Sequence record: NC_070989.1 | Strand: one strand, 5' to 3' | DNA: 64,000 nt | Origin: Escherichia phage vB_EcoP-CHD5UKE1 | Part shown: piece after piece, positions 20,231 to 30,879 of the stretch | Layout of the letters: each line of letters begins with the position of its first letter | Numbering within the stretch: position 1 is the stretch's first letter | Made by a program: the position numbers and the translations under genes | Notes under the pieces: model-generated | Databases searched by the model: none | The model's input: only the letters and a program-made list of their open reading frames with translations | Told to the model about the DNA's origin: nothing

Positions 20231-21262
20231 ATGGCATACGGAATATGGACACAACCAGTAGGGCCGGGGCCAGCAACCCCCGCTCCCTTATTTATTGATA
20301 GCGGAAGCACTTTCCCTCAGTTCAAGAATAGTATAAGAGGGAGTTTTAACTTTAATGGGGCTGGGAGATCTTTCCCTATTAGTGGATGGGATGGCAGTGG
20401 TCAGATAGTTATTGTTCCTACCGGTTCTTTATGCTGGCAATGGGAAGTCCCTCCTAACCTAGTTCCTGATGTTTATTGTGTGAATAATATCTACGTAGAA
20501 AACAGTTCCTCTTTTAGAGTTACTCTGAATCAGAACCCCGGCAGTAACCCCTTATTTGACTGTGGGTTCAACGTATATCAAATATGGCCTAGAGCGGATA
20601 GGAATTACGGAATTACCTTTTCTAATACAGCAGACTACTTCTCGATATCTGATAGTGGGGTCGTCGGTCAATGTATTTGGGCTTGGCAGGGGACCATAAA
20701 CAATGCCCTTCAGATACCAAATATCGGTGGGTTCAATATGACCAATGCTGTTGTGTTTGCTAATTGGTCTGATGGAGGGATAGGACTATCTTATACCTCT
20801 GATGACAGGGTTATTCGTGTTTATCAGAACAGACCTTACATAAACGGCAACACTAACGAGGGTGGTTCTGTGTTTGCTAGAGTTGCAGTATTCTGCAATG
20901 GAGCAGGAGTTCCGGAACATAATGGAGGTTTGAATATTTATTCTCCGGGTACCACGCAATGTGTCTTCTCTACTAACAGAACACCTTTCACTGTGGATAC
21001 TTTTATAGGCTCAGGAGGCGGTAACACTGGAATGGCATACCCTATGATACCTCTTACCTCTGGAATAGGTGCGATAAAAGGCCAAGGCAGTGGATGGAGA
21101 TATCAGCAAATGAGATCTCACACCATGAGTGGTTCTACGATAGGAACGGGCTATGGAAGGTATTTATTTCAGTGGGATCAGAATTACGACCTAGGAGCTG
21201 ATACTGTAGTTAATTTATCAGTTCCTGTAATAAATGCAGCTAAGGTTTTTGCTGGACTATAA
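20231..21262 (+). CDS. virion/tail protein (343 aa)
   Basis: Tightly coupled ORF in the structural operon. Confidence 0.45.
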   Translation: MAYGIWTQPVGPGPATPAPLFIDSGSTFPQFKNSIRGSFNFNGAGRSFPISGWDGSGQIVIVPTGSLCWQWEVPPNLVPDVYCVNNIYVENSSSFRVTLNQNPGSNPLFDCGFNVYQIWPRADRNYGITFSNTADYFSISDSGVVGQCIWAWQGTINNALQIPNIGGFNMTNAVVFANWSDGGIGLSYTSDDRVIRVYQNRPYINGNTNEGGSVFARVAVFCNGAGVPEHNGGLNIYSPGTTQCVFSTNRTPFTVDTFIGSGGGNTGMAYPMIPLTSGIGAIKGQGSGWRYQQMRSHTMSGSTIGTGYGRYLFQWDQNYDLGADTVVNLSVPVINAAKVFAGL

Positions 21263-21274
21263 CAAGGAGATATT

Positions 21275-22057
21275 ATGGCAATTAAGATGGGTATTGAAGA
21301 ACTAGACCCAATGGTTCAACAGGCTTCAAAGAAGTATGGGATTCCTGCTGCTTTGATTCATGCTGTAATCCAAAGAGAGTCTAGTGGTCGTCCTACAGTA
21401 GCCTCTGGAACTGGTCCTGTAGGCTTAATGCAGATCAGTAAAGGGTTGGCTAAAGACTACGGTTACAAACTAGAAGACAGACTTGACCCAGCAAAGAATA
21501 TTGATATGGGTGCTCGTTATATTCGAGATAACTTAAAGGCTTTTAATGGTGATGTTAAGAAAGCAATGGTTGGTTATTCAGAAGGTATTGGTGGAGCTAA
21601 GCAAATGTTCGCTGGTAAAAAGGGATTTACACCTCAAGCCCTTGACTCAATGAACAACAAACACTTTCTTCCTTTCTATGGTGATGCAGCTTCTCAGATT
21701 GCTAACCCTATCGGAGCTTTGCAAGCTGTTCAACCAGTTAACCAATTTAGTCCGGATATTCTTGATAGAGAGAAGGCTTCTCAAGCTCCAACTCAGGCAG
21801 AAATTGCTGCTTCTAAGACTGGTGCTTTAGGTGGTAATCCAGTAGAGTTTTACTCTGATGGGGCACAAGAAGGGGAAGATCAGAAGCATCAGCAGAACTT
21901 TGGTAATGCAGTATTAGGGGTAGCTGCTATGCTTGCTGGTAAACCTCCCACCTCTCAAACAGTTCAGAGGGCAAGTGCACCACATGCAGCAGGTTCTCAG
22001 TACAGCCCACAAACACAAGCAGTGCTCCGACGTCTGGCTAGCATTGGTATAAAGTAA
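21275..22057 (+). CDS. virion-associated lytic transglycosylase (SLT domain) protein (260 aa)
   Basis: QRESSGRP...GLMQIS motif typical of soluble lytic transglycosylase catalytic domain. Confidence 0.7.
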   Translation: MAIKMGIEELDPMVQQASKKYGIPAALIHAVIQRESSGRPTVASGTGPVGLMQISKGLAKDYGYKLEDRLDPAKNIDMGARYIRDNLKAFNGDVKKAMVGYSEGIGGAKQMFAGKKGFTPQALDSMNNKHFLPFYGDAASQIANPIGALQAVQPVNQFSPDILDREKASQAPTQAEIAASKTGALGGNPVEFYSDGAQEGEDQKHQQNFGNAVLGVAAMLAGKPPTSQTVQRASAPHAAGSQYSPQTQAVLRRLASIGIK

Positions 22058-22076
22058 TAATCTTTAAGGAGGACTT

Positions 22077-23129
22077 ATGTCTTTATTTGGAAAATCAGCT
22101 TCTAGCAAAACCACAGTGGCCCCTTCCTCTCAGGTTGATGCCCTGCTGAAGCAGATTGTTGCTAATGCTCAGAATATGCAGAACAACGATCCGGGATTCA
22201 TCTCCCAACAGCTGGCTGGGTTTAATGGCAATCAACAAGGCGCTCTGAACAACTTAGCAGCTTCTACTACTCAGAAGCAATTGGCTGATATGTACACGCC
22301 TCGTACACAGCAAGGGTTGGACCAATTAAACTCTCTTGCACAGCAGTATCAGAATATTGTCAACGGTGGTGGTCTAACTGCTGATGGTGTTAATAACTTC
22401 AGTAAAGGATTGAATAACTCAGCTCTTGCTCAAGCGACTAGTAAGGCAGCTTCCAATGTATCTCTCGGAAATGGTTCTGATTCAGGCTCTCTCCGTAGAG
22501 CTGCTGCTCAAGGTGCTGCTCTGAACAGTGCTAACACTAACCTGTCTCGTACTATCAGTGGTAAGAATATGGGTGTAAGTGCTCTGCAACAAGATCAGAA
22601 CTTCCAGAGAGGGTTGCTTGGTGCTCAGTCTGGTTTAGCTGGACAGAACCTCAATCTTGGTGCTCAAGGCGTTCAGGCAACTCAACAAGCTATTCAGAAT
22701 CAGCTGATGGCTGGTAATCTGCAACAGCAACAAGCTCAAGCTCAAGCTGATATTAATTGGCAGAACGCTATTGGCTCTCAGCAGTATGGGTGGAATCAGC
22801 TTAACAACCAACTTAATGTATTAAATAGTGTAAGCCCAATGGCTGGGTATACAATTAAGAATGCTGCTCCGGGGGTTAATACTGGACAACAGCTCCTAGG
22901 TGCTGGTATCACTGGTTTAGGTATTGCAGGTCGTATGGGTGCTTTCTCTCCTAACCAACAGACTCAGAATGCTTGGAGTTCCTATAACAACTCAGGTGGG
23001 CAATCTGGAATGGCTGGTCCTATGATTGGAGGTTCTAATCTTTCTCAACAGAAAGGTCAGTCTAACTGGTTATCCACAGCAGGTAGTAATATCTTAGGTG
23101 GTGTCTTAGGGGCATTTGGAGCAAACTAA
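22077..23129 (+). CDS. Gln/Asn/Gly-rich virion protein (350 aa), paralog of the next gene
   Basis: Low-complexity Q/N-rich composition; shared ALNNLA motif with 23142-24110. Confidence 0.5.
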   Translation: MSLFGKSASSKTTVAPSSQVDALLKQIVANAQNMQNNDPGFISQQLAGFNGNQQGALNNLAASTTQKQLADMYTPRTQQGLDQLNSLAQQYQNIVNGGGLTADGVNNFSKGLNNSALAQATSKAASNVSLGNGSDSGSLRRAAAQGAALNSANTNLSRTISGKNMGVSALQQDQNFQRGLLGAQSGLAGQNLNLGAQGVQATQQAIQNQLMAGNLQQQQAQAQADINWQNAIGSQQYGWNQLNNQLNVLNSVSPMAGYTIKNAAPGVNTGQQLLGAGITGLGIAGRMGAFSPNQQTQNAWSSYNNSGGQSGMAGPMIGGSNLSQQKGQSNWLSTAGSNILGGVLGAFGAN

Positions 23130-23141
23130 AGGAGATTTGAT

Positions 23142-24110
23142 ATGGGACTTTTCGGAGGCGGGGGTAGTAAAACTACTTCCCAAATGATTCGCCCTGAATA
23201 CATTCAACAGTATATTGACCAGCTTAACCAACAGATTGGTAATACTAGTTCAGGGGATTACGTTTATCGTGACAATGTAGGATTTAATAATAACCAGACA
23301 GAGGCACTTAATAACTTAGCACAATCTGGCGCTTTAGGCACGCTCTCACAGCAATATATGGATGCAGCAGGTCAAGGCTTGGGCTATCTAGATAATGCCT
23401 ATAAAGGTTATCAGAGCCTCTCTGGACAAGGTGGGATTACTGGAGAACAGATTGGTGCTCTCGCTGGTCAACTGTATGACGATGACGCTGTGCAAGCAGC
23501 CATTACCGCTAATAATGAACAGGTTCAACAGAACTTGGCACGTAATGCTCTTCCTCAGTTAGCTCAACAGTTTGCTGGTCAACAAGGTTCAGGTGCTCGT
23601 ATGGCTAAGTCTTTTGCCCAAGGTGATGCTCTGAATCAGATGCAGGGCCAAGCAACAGATATTACCAATAGTGCCTATAACTCGGCTATTAGCCAAGCTG
23701 AAAGCATCCTCTCTGGTAATAGACAGAATCAGGCAGCTGCTCTCTCTGGTCTTTCTAATATTGGTTCTAACCTTTCTAACCTAGGTCAGCAGGGTGCTAA
23801 TTTGTCTCAACAGCAAATAATGAATCAATGGAATGCAGGGTTGCAGCAACAACAGCAACAACAGAATGAATATGATAATGCCTACCAGAATGCTCAGAAC
23901 GCAGCTAATTGGGGATGGCAAGATATCAATAACCAACTCGGTGCAGCAGGTGTACTTAACGGTGCTCTCGGACAAACTACAACTACTAAAACATCTGGTG
24001 GCAAAGGTGGTTTCCTTGGTGGAGCTATGAGTGGTGCAGCAGCTGGCTCTTCCTTTGGACCTTGGGGTGCATTAGCTGGGGGTGTAATCGGTGGGTTGGC
24101 TAGTACTTAA
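23142..24110 (+). CDS. Gln/Asn/Gly-rich virion protein (322 aa), paralog of the previous gene
   Basis: Poly-Q stretch, Gly-rich C-terminus. Confidence 0.5.
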   Translation: MGLFGGGGSKTTSQMIRPEYIQQYIDQLNQQIGNTSSGDYVYRDNVGFNNNQTEALNNLAQSGALGTLSQQYMDAAGQGLGYLDNAYKGYQSLSGQGGITGEQIGALAGQLYDDDAVQAAITANNEQVQQNLARNALPQLAQQFAGQQGSGARMAKSFAQGDALNQMQGQATDITNSAYNSAISQAESILSGNRQNQAAALSGLSNIGSNLSNLGQQGANLSQQQIMNQWNAGLQQQQQQQNEYDNAYQNAQNAANWGWQDINNQLGAAGVLNGALGQTTTTKTSGGKGGFLGGAMSGAAAGSSFGPWGALAGGVIGGLAST

Positions 24111-24123
24111 TTAGGAGATAAAT

Positions 24124-25773
24124 ATGCAACAGACAACTTACGCTCAGGTCAGAAGTCGTGACCCGAGAAATACTTTCTATGGTGTTAATCCGGGAGCGGC
24201 TTCGGCCTCTCCTTATATGGCTAGACCAACTCAGACAGCAGATATTTCTATGTATCAACGTCCTGCTGTACCTGCTGGGCTTTCCTCTCTTGTAGGTCAA
24301 ACTTCAGTAGATTATCAGAATATGTTGAATCCTGTTCAGAGTAATGGTCTTCCTTCTGATATCCCAAATGATGTACAACCTCAAGCACAACAGGCTGTAA
24401 CTCTTCCTGAGTTTGAGAATCAAGAAACCATGCAAGCTGCTGGACTTTCTCCTTCTTCTATTCCTCCAGAATCAGAACCTCTTCCGGTAACACCTCCTAC
24501 TAAACCGTTAGAAGCTGGTCCTATGGAGTTTACTCCTTCTCAGGTGGAACAGGCACAAGGTGTGATTAATACTCTTGCTCAAGGACAAGACGCTGGTGAT
24601 GGAATGACTGCTGCTACTCGTGCTAAAGATCAGGAACGCGTCAACAACGATATCTTGCAAGTTGCGAAAGCTAAAGACCCTTCGGAAGCTTGGAACAAAC
24701 TACAGAAAGAACCATTCTATCAGAACTCTAGTTTCTACACAGGTTTGATGGGTGTAGGTCTTTCCATTATGTCAGGTAAGTCTCCTATTGAAGCTTTCCA
24801 GATTGGTCAGGGAATGGCTAATCAAGATGAGACTAAGAAGCAACTGGAAGCTAACCGTGATGCTCTGATTGAACAAGGCTTCTCTCAAGACTCGATCGCA
24901 GCTGCTATTGCTAACGGAGACCCATCTCTACTGAAGATGAGAGCTGTAGACCCTGCTCAGAAAGAAGCGCTGTATACTGCTCGTGAAGAACGACAAAATG
25001 CTGAATGGGATAGACGTCAACAGATTCAAGAGCAAACTATGCGTGAGCGTGCTGATGAAACTCGTCGTGCCGCTGAAGAAAGAGCTAACATGAACTTTGA
25101 ACGTCAGAAAGAGTTGATTGGTTATCGTGATAAGGTTAAGGCTGAACGTGCTGAACAAGCTGCTCAGAGTTTTAACTTTAACCCGAAAGAAGTTCGTCTT
25201 GCTCAGAATACAGCTGAAGGTACGGTTGCTAAGCAGTGGGCAGAGAAAGGTGGCCTGTTTAACCAGTCTAACAAAGACTTGGATTTGGCTGATAAGGCTG
25301 TTAAGGATAAAGACTATCAGACAGCTCGTTCTGCTTACATGCAGGCTATCATGAACTCCGCAAGGGCTGAAATCGGTGCTACTCGTTCTCTTACCGAAGA
25401 AGACTTGGGGCACTTTGCAGAAGACCCATCAATCTTCGTTCGTGTTGGCAACAAGTTTGCACTGAAATCTGGATGGCGTCCTACTGATTCTGCTCTTGCT
25501 TATGCTCGTAAGCAAGCTAACGTTGGTCACACCTCTGCAATGAAAGGTGTTGCTGATGCTAAGAGAGCTACGATTGAAGCTTACATCGGTTCTGGTATGG
25601 ATAAGAAGAGAGCTACTGCATTGGTTAACCGTGCAATCCCTTCTGGTGGTTTCTATGACCCTCTAGGTGTTTTCTCTGAACAAGCAGAAGAAGCAGTTGG
25701 TGGTGCAGCAACCAATCCTAAGCTTAATGGTGCTTTATCAGCTGTCGAAGACACTAGCTGGTTTACTCAATAA
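24124..25773 (+). CDS. virion protein (549 aa), candidate internal/ejection protein
   Basis: Position between Q/N-rich proteins and the large coiled-coil protein; Pro/Gln-rich N-terminal region. Confidence 0.45.
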   Translation: MQQTTYAQVRSRDPRNTFYGVNPGAASASPYMARPTQTADISMYQRPAVPAGLSSLVGQTSVDYQNMLNPVQSNGLPSDIPNDVQPQAQQAVTLPEFENQETMQAAGLSPSSIPPESEPLPVTPPTKPLEAGPMEFTPSQVEQAQGVINTLAQGQDAGDGMTAATRAKDQERVNNDILQVAKAKDPSEAWNKLQKEPFYQNSSFYTGLMGVGLSIMSGKSPIEAFQIGQGMANQDETKKQLEANRDALIEQGFSQDSIAAAIANGDPSLLKMRAVDPAQKEALYTAREERQNAEWDRRQQIQEQTMRERADETRRAAEERANMNFERQKELIGYRDKVKAERAEQAAQSFNFNPKEVRLAQNTAEGTVAKQWAEKGGLFNQSNKDLDLADKAVKDKDYQTARSAYMQAIMNSARAEIGATRSLTEEDLGHFAEDPSIFVRVGNKFALKSGWRPTDSALAYARKQANVGHTSAMKGVADAKRATIEAYIGSGMDKKRATALVNRAIPSGGFYDPLGVFSEQAEEAVGGAATNPKLNGALSAVEDTSWFTQ

Positions 25774-25840
25774 GACCTAAGTCCTGCCTTCTATAATGTA
25801 TATAGGGGGTAGGACATTTTTATTTATAAAAGGAGACGTT

Positions 25841-28800
25841 ATGGCTAACATTAAACCGTGGGAAGAAGCTTCCAAAGCTCCTGCGTATCTGAATGCCTCT
25901 CCGGAGCAACAAGCTCAAATGAGAGAACAATATAAGGCAGCAGGTGGCTCTATTCCTGAGGAACAACCAGTAGCACAACCACAACAAGAAGAACGTGGTG
26001 CTATAGGTGAGTTTGCTCAAGGTGTGTCAAATGCTCTTCAATCTGGTGGTGCAAATATTGCAGCTAGTGCTGCTAAAGGTATTGGTGGTTTAGTTGAGAT
26101 TGGTGAGAATCTAGCTGGAGCACAAACTAGTTATGGTAAGCGTATCCAAGAGAACTCTCAGAACCTTCTGAAAGAACGTATGGATAAGATTGAGGATGGG
26201 ATTGGTAAAACTGTCGGTCAGTATGCTGGCGTTGCTGGTGATATCGGTTTGACAGTTGCTAACCCATTGGCTGCTGCTGCTATCATCGCAGGTCGTGAGA
26301 CAGGTCGTGCATATGCAGACCAAACCCCTGAAGAGGGAGAAGATAAGTCTATTCTAGATGCAGCCTTAGTTGGTGGTGCTAACTATGCGGCTCAGAGAAT
26401 CCTTCCGGGTGCTGTCGGTACAGCTGAGTCCACGCTTGGACGTATTGGTCAGAACGTTGCTAGTAACGCAGTGGCTGGTGCTAAAGGTGGTGCTCTTGTG
26501 GGTGCTGCTGAAGCTCAGAATAAGCACGGAGATGACACAACCTTTGCTAATATATTAGAAGGTGCTATCGAAGAAGGTGCTATGGGTGCTGCATTCGGTG
26601 GTGCAGTTGGTGGGGTTCATGGTTTGATTAGCCGTCCGGATTCTGCTGTCTTCAAGAATACTCCAGAGTATGCGAAGACTGATATTGCTGCTGATGATGA
26701 ACTAATTCGTAGTGCTAAGAATATTGATGAACTGAAAGAAGCTTACTCTAAAGCTGAAACTGCTAACGCTGCTTCTGCTCTTAACCTTCTGGATGAGAAT
26801 GGATTCCGTATTACAGATGCTGTTGCTGTAGATTCTCCTGCTGCTCAGCGTATTCTTAATACTGACCAAGCTCGTGCTGAGAAAGCTGCTTCTGTTCAGA
26901 AAGAACATTCCAACATTCCGGGCCTTAATCCTTTATCTTCTCCTGCTAAGACTCGTGGTAAATCATTTGCTGATAATGAGCACAACCAGAAGCAGGCTGT
27001 TGCTATGAAGGATGCAATGGCTGACTACACCAAAGACAACACGAAAGCTCTTACAGATGTTCTAGATAACCTAGACCGTGAATTAACTTCTCTCCGAGCT
27101 TCTGGTGATTTTACTGGTAGTCCGATTGATATTAAGAATCGTACACAAGCTGACCGTGATTTCATTGATGCTTACAAGACTTTCTACAATGAAGCAAATC
27201 GATTCAAAGCTCGTGATGGTGAAGACTTTAATAACTTTGTAGAGAAAGCTGCTGAACTACAGAAGATGGCTGATAATGTTTCTCCAGAGATGAAGAAAGC
27301 TATTGGTGGGTTGAAGAAACTGAAAGGTATGCCTGAAGGTTTTAATCCTATTCAAGATGCTTACACTCTGAACAATACAGCTAAATTCATGAGCAACCAA
27401 GATCGTGGTTGGACTTCCTTGACTGATGATGGATTCCGTGAGGCTTCTTCTCCTAGTCTGGTGATGAACACTCTCGGTGCTGCTAAATATGCTCTGAATC
27501 GCTTCTCTTCTCAGCGTGCCCGTTCTCAACGTGTTAAGCAACAAGAGTCTAATAGTGAAGCTATCCGCTCTCTGGCTCGTGGTGATTTGGAAGTTGCTCG
27601 TGCTAAATCTACTGCTGATGAAGCTCGTGCTAAGATGGAAGAAGAACCAGTTGTTGATGACATTAAATTTAAGACGCAAAATGACGTGGAAACCGAACCG
27701 GTTCGGGAGCCTTCTTCTAGTACTGTGACGGAAGAAAATCTTCCTTCTTCTACTCCTCAAGAAACCCCTCTCACAGCTCGTGATTTAGTTGCGCAAAGAC
27801 GCGCTATCCGTCAGGCTGAACAGCGTCGCGCTGAAGAAGAGGCAGCAGCAGCTCAAGAAGCTCCGGTCGAACAAGCTCCACAGGCTGAACCTCTCCCTGC
27901 TCGTAACCCTTTAGAGGAACGTCGTGCAATGGAACAGCAACGTGCTCAAGAAGAGGCCGCACAGGCTCCAGAACCAACCGTAGAGGAACCAACAGTCAAA
28001 GCTGAGCCATTACCTGCTCGTGCTCCTAAAGCTCCTAAGGAAGCTGTACAGGACGTTAAACCGGCAAGTGGTGTAGAACGTTTAGCTGCTATGTCTAGTG
28101 CTGCTCGTCAGGCTACTAAAGATCGTGCAGAACGCTTTGCTCGTTCTCTGTACTCTAAGGCTGCTAAAGCTAAAGCTACTGCTGAAAACTTCTTGGCTTA
28201 TAAAGGCGATCCTAAGGAACTGATGCGTCGTATTCGTCAGGAAGATAATGCTATCAACACTGAACGTCATGAAGAAATGGCTCGTAACCAGCTGGCCTCT
28301 CAGCAAGGTATTGCTACTGCTAAGAACAACACTGTACGAACTAATTTTGCTGAATGGGTTAAAGAACGTGGTCTGCCAGAAGACATTGCTACTAAGGCAT
28401 TACGTGCTGAAGAGAAAGGTTTAGGTGGGAACGTAACTAACTTGGATAGTCTGAAACGTCGTGCTGAAAGGTTGTATCAGAAGCAGCGTGAGGATGAGTT
28501 TGATAGACTGTACCAACAAGCTCTAGAAGAGAACAAAGCTTTCGATAAGAAAGATGCTCCTAAACTGGTTGATCAGAAGAAAGAGCTTCAGTCTGAGATT
28601 GATGCTTTGATTGATTCAGAACCTTTACGTCCTGCTCAGAAAGATGCTATGCGTAAGCTGATGAATGACTTTGTAGATGGGAAGTTTAAATCTTCAGAGA
28701 AGGCTGGTAGGGAAGAGGCTTTGGAAGTTGGTCAGATGAAGGATATTTGGGATGGGTTTATTAACACCTACAACAGAGAAGTGAATGCCTTCAACAAAGC

Positions 28801-30262
28801 TAACAAGAACTCTCAGTACGAAGCTGCTGCTAAGCACTTACAGGCTCGTGAAGAACGTCTTGCTACCCTCAGGAAAAAGGCTCAGGCTCGTTCAGATGCT
28901 AAGGCTGCTGTTGAGAATGAACGTAAAACTTTAGAGGCTATTGCAGCTCAGAAGAGTGAGATTGAGAAGATGATGGAAGGTTTACCTAAACCTGTTCGTG
29001 AGGCTCAGGAATCTCGTACATTGAAACAGTTGGCTGCTCACCATGACAAGAACTCTCCAGTTCCTCCAGAGAAGTTCCGTAGTTACATTGAACGTATCCA
29101 CAACGCCGAGTCAGATTATCTTGATCGTCAGCGTCGTTTAACTGATGCAGAGGAAGATGCTCGTCAGGCCAAGTGGAACAAGATGTACGAGCAAGCGGAA
29201 GAGATGAACCGTAAGTTTGATGTGGACAAGAGAGTTAAGCGCAGTGAAGAGCTTAAAGCGGCCCAAGAGCGTGAGAATGATCTTATGGCAGTACAACGTC
29301 AACGTGATGACATTCATCGCCGCCTGATGCGTACTATGGAAGATAAGGGCATATCTAGAGAGGATGCTGAAGCGTTTGCTGGTTCCTATATGGACAACCG
29401 TTATGCACTTCTTGAGAAACCTATGACTCCTACTGAACATCAGAATGCTCGTTCTCGTATCGAAGCTGATGTTGAGAAGTTTGCTAAGAAGTACGAATCA
29501 ATGACTCCTATCGAGAAAGAGATTGTTAAGGTTACTGGAGATACTGAAGGTAAGCTTGATAACTTGGATGCGGATACTAGGAAGGCTATTGAGGAGGCTC
29601 AGAAGGTTGACTCTGATATTAAGAAACTGCAAGAGGAAGAATTGGAGATGGAGAAGATTCGTTCTGCTCTGCCTGATGATGAAAAATCTCAAGCAAATTC
29701 TGATATCTTGGAAAGCATTAAACAACAGGAAGAGGTCTTTGCTGATAAAGTAGAGAAAGCTTTCTTGAGTGGGAAGAGCTTGGATGAGTTGGCTAGTGTG
29801 GCTGAAGTTTTAGACAGGGTTCATGGTGCAGATAAGGCTGGTAACAACCGTCGCTTTGTACGTGCATTGCAGACTGCTGCTGAAAACAAGAAGAAGTATG
29901 GTGATAATCCAGTAGCTTGGTTTAGTGCTGATGATTACTCTGCCATTGCTAAACTTGGTGCTTCTTCCGCAGGTGGTAACAAATCCAGAGCACTGGAGAA
30001 GATCTTTGGTTCTACAGCTGAACAGGCTAAGAGTAAGTTGCTTGGTAGGGATGATGTAGCGAAGATGAGACGTGTGATTGAAGAGAACCCTGATATTAAG
30101 ATTCCTTCTTACAAGACAACGAATCGTACTGAGTACTTGCAGTTCTTGGAGAAGTTTAATGACGAAGGGAAGCCGAAGATTAAACGTGGCTCATTGTCAG
30201 AGAAGCTTGAACGCAGTAAGCGTCAATCGAGACTCCGTGTAAGAGTTCGACCTAAGGAGTGA
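25841..30262 (+). CDS. very large Ala/Glu/Lys-rich coiled-coil virion protein (1473 aa from ATG 25841), candidate internal core/ejection or tape-measure-like protein
   Basis: AAGGAG RBS before ATG 25841; extensive helical charged repeats; last gene of the late arm. Confidence 0.5.
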   Translation: MANIKPWEEASKAPAYLNASPEQQAQMREQYKAAGGSIPEEQPVAQPQQEERGAIGEFAQGVSNALQSGGANIAASAAKGIGGLVEIGENLAGAQTSYGKRIQENSQNLLKERMDKIEDGIGKTVGQYAGVAGDIGLTVANPLAAAAIIAGRETGRAYADQTPEEGEDKSILDAALVGGANYAAQRILPGAVGTAESTLGRIGQNVASNAVAGAKGGALVGAAEAQNKHGDDTTFANILEGAIEEGAMGAAFGGAVGGVHGLISRPDSAVFKNTPEYAKTDIAADDELIRSAKNIDELKEAYSKAETANAASALNLLDENGFRITDAVAVDSPAAQRILNTDQARAEKAASVQKEHSNIPGLNPLSSPAKTRGKSFADNEHNQKQAVAMKDAMADYTKDNTKALTDVLDNLDRELTSLRASGDFTGSPIDIKNRTQADRDFIDAYKTFYNEANRFKARDGEDFNNFVEKAAELQKMADNVSPEMKKAIGGLKKLKGMPEGFNPIQDAYTLNNTAKFMSNQDRGWTSLTDDGFREASSPSLVMNTLGAAKYALNRFSSQRARSQRVKQQESNSEAIRSLARGDLEVARAKSTADEARAKMEEEPVVDDIKFKTQNDVETEPVREPSSSTVTEENLPSSTPQETPLTARDLVAQRRAIRQAEQRRAEEEAAAAQEAPVEQAPQAEPLPARNPLEERRAMEQQRAQEEAAQAPEPTVEEPTVKAEPLPARAPKAPKEAVQDVKPASGVERLAAMSSAARQATKDRAERFARSLYSKAAKAKATAENFLAYKGDPKELMRRIRQEDNAINTERHEEMARNQLASQQGIATAKNNTVRTNFAEWVKERGLPEDIATKALRAEEKGLGGNVTNLDSLKRRAERLYQKQREDEFDRLYQQALEENKAFDKKDAPKLVDQKKELQSEIDALIDSEPLRPAQKDAMRKLMNDFVDGKFKSSEKAGREEALEVGQMKDIWDGFINTYNREVNAFNKANKNSQYEAAAKHLQAREERLATLRKKAQARSDAKAAVENERKTLEAIAAQKSEIEKMMEGLPKPVREAQESRTLKQLAAHHDKNSPVPPEKFRSYIERIHNAESDYLDRQRRLTDAEEDARQAKWNKMYEQAEEMNRKFDVDKRVKRSEELKAAQERENDLMAVQRQRDDIHRRLMRTMEDKGISREDAEAFAGSYMDNRYALLEKPMTPTEHQNARSRIEADVEKFAKKYESMTPIEKEIVKVTGDTEGKLDNLDADTRKAIEEAQKVDSDIKKLQEEELEMEKIRSALPDDEKSQANSDILESIKQQEEVFADKVEKAFLSGKSLDELASVAEVLDRVHGADKAGNNRRFVRALQTAAENKKKYGDNPVAWFSADDYSAIAKLGASSAGGNKSRALEKIFGSTAEQAKSKLLGRDDVAKMRRVIEENPDIKIPSYKTTNRTEYLQFLEKFNDEGKPKIKRGSLSEKLERSKRQSRLRVRVRPKE

Positions 30263-30270
30263 TAAAAGAA

Positions 30271-30300
30271 AAGCCCCAACCGAAAGGAAGGGGCTTTATT
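30271..30300. terminator. bidirectional rho-independent terminator at the convergence point of the plus and minus arms
   Basis: AAGCCCC...GGGGCTT hairpin flanked by A-run on the left and T-run on the right. Confidence 0.7.
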
Positions 30301-30451
30301 TGTTTCTAAGTTTTAAAAACCATCAAATTCGTCATACATCCCAATTCTCTTCAGAAGTCTGGATGTTCATCTTCAAAGCATCCTGAGATGCCTCCGTAGA
30401 ACCAATCTGATTTATTGCCAAGAATGACAACTTCTTCATTCATATACCCTC

Positions 30452-30613
30452 CTAGATTGTGTTTATAAAATTAGTAAGTTTCTCTTCACTTTCATCAAAA
30501 GCTTTTCCAGCTGCTTCCATCTCCCAAGTATCGGCATTGTCAATAAAGCTCTGAGCTTCTAATAGGTCGTGGATTAAGTCGAAGAGTTTATTTTTATCTG
30601 CTTGTGTGATCAT
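30452..30613 (-). CDS. small hypothetical protein (53 aa)
   Basis: ORF below track cutoff with AGGAA RBS; translation MITQADKNKLFDLIHDLLEAQSF... Confidence 0.3.
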   Translation of the reverse strand: MITQADKNKLFDLIHDLLEAQSFIDNADTWEMEAAGKAFDESEEKLTNFINTI

Positions 30614-30621
30614 GTCAGTTC

Positions 30622-30879
30622 CTAGATTAAATCGTAATACTGAATAATGTCAGAGAGTTTGAACTCTCGAATCTCATCTTTCTCTACATCTATCGCTGTC
30701 ATAATCCAACAAGGTTTGCCACCGTTATGAAAACGGGAGCTAGCAACGGAGGTTCGGAGTGGAATAACGGACCGGTCAGCAACCTCGCCTCTCCAATTGC
30801 GATAGCGAAAGCGAAGCATTTGTTGCGTAGATTTTTGATCATCACTCATTTCCTTTTTTGAATTGTTTTCTTGCATCAT
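30622..30879 (-). CDS. hypothetical protein (about 86 aa from internal ATG; track ORF 30622-30990)
   Basis: Overlaps 3' end of the HNH gene in another frame. Confidence 0.35.
   Translation of the reverse strand: MMQENNSKKEMSDDQKSTQQMLRFRYRNWRGEVADRSVIPLRTSVASSRFHNGGKPCWIMTAIDVEKDEIREFKLSDIIQYYDLI

Noticed and set aside
27257-27760. 167-aa minus-strand ORF inside the 1473-aa virion protein gene, and similar antisense ORFs at 24928-25413 and 29138-29440
   Set aside because: Antisense to a long, compositionally biased gene; typical spurious ORFs
25841-30262. Calling the 1473-aa protein a tape measure protein
   Set aside because: No tail tube, sheath or chaperone-frameshift genes nearby, and the replication module is T7-like; an internal/ejection protein of a short-tailed phage is more consistent, but the fold is unverified
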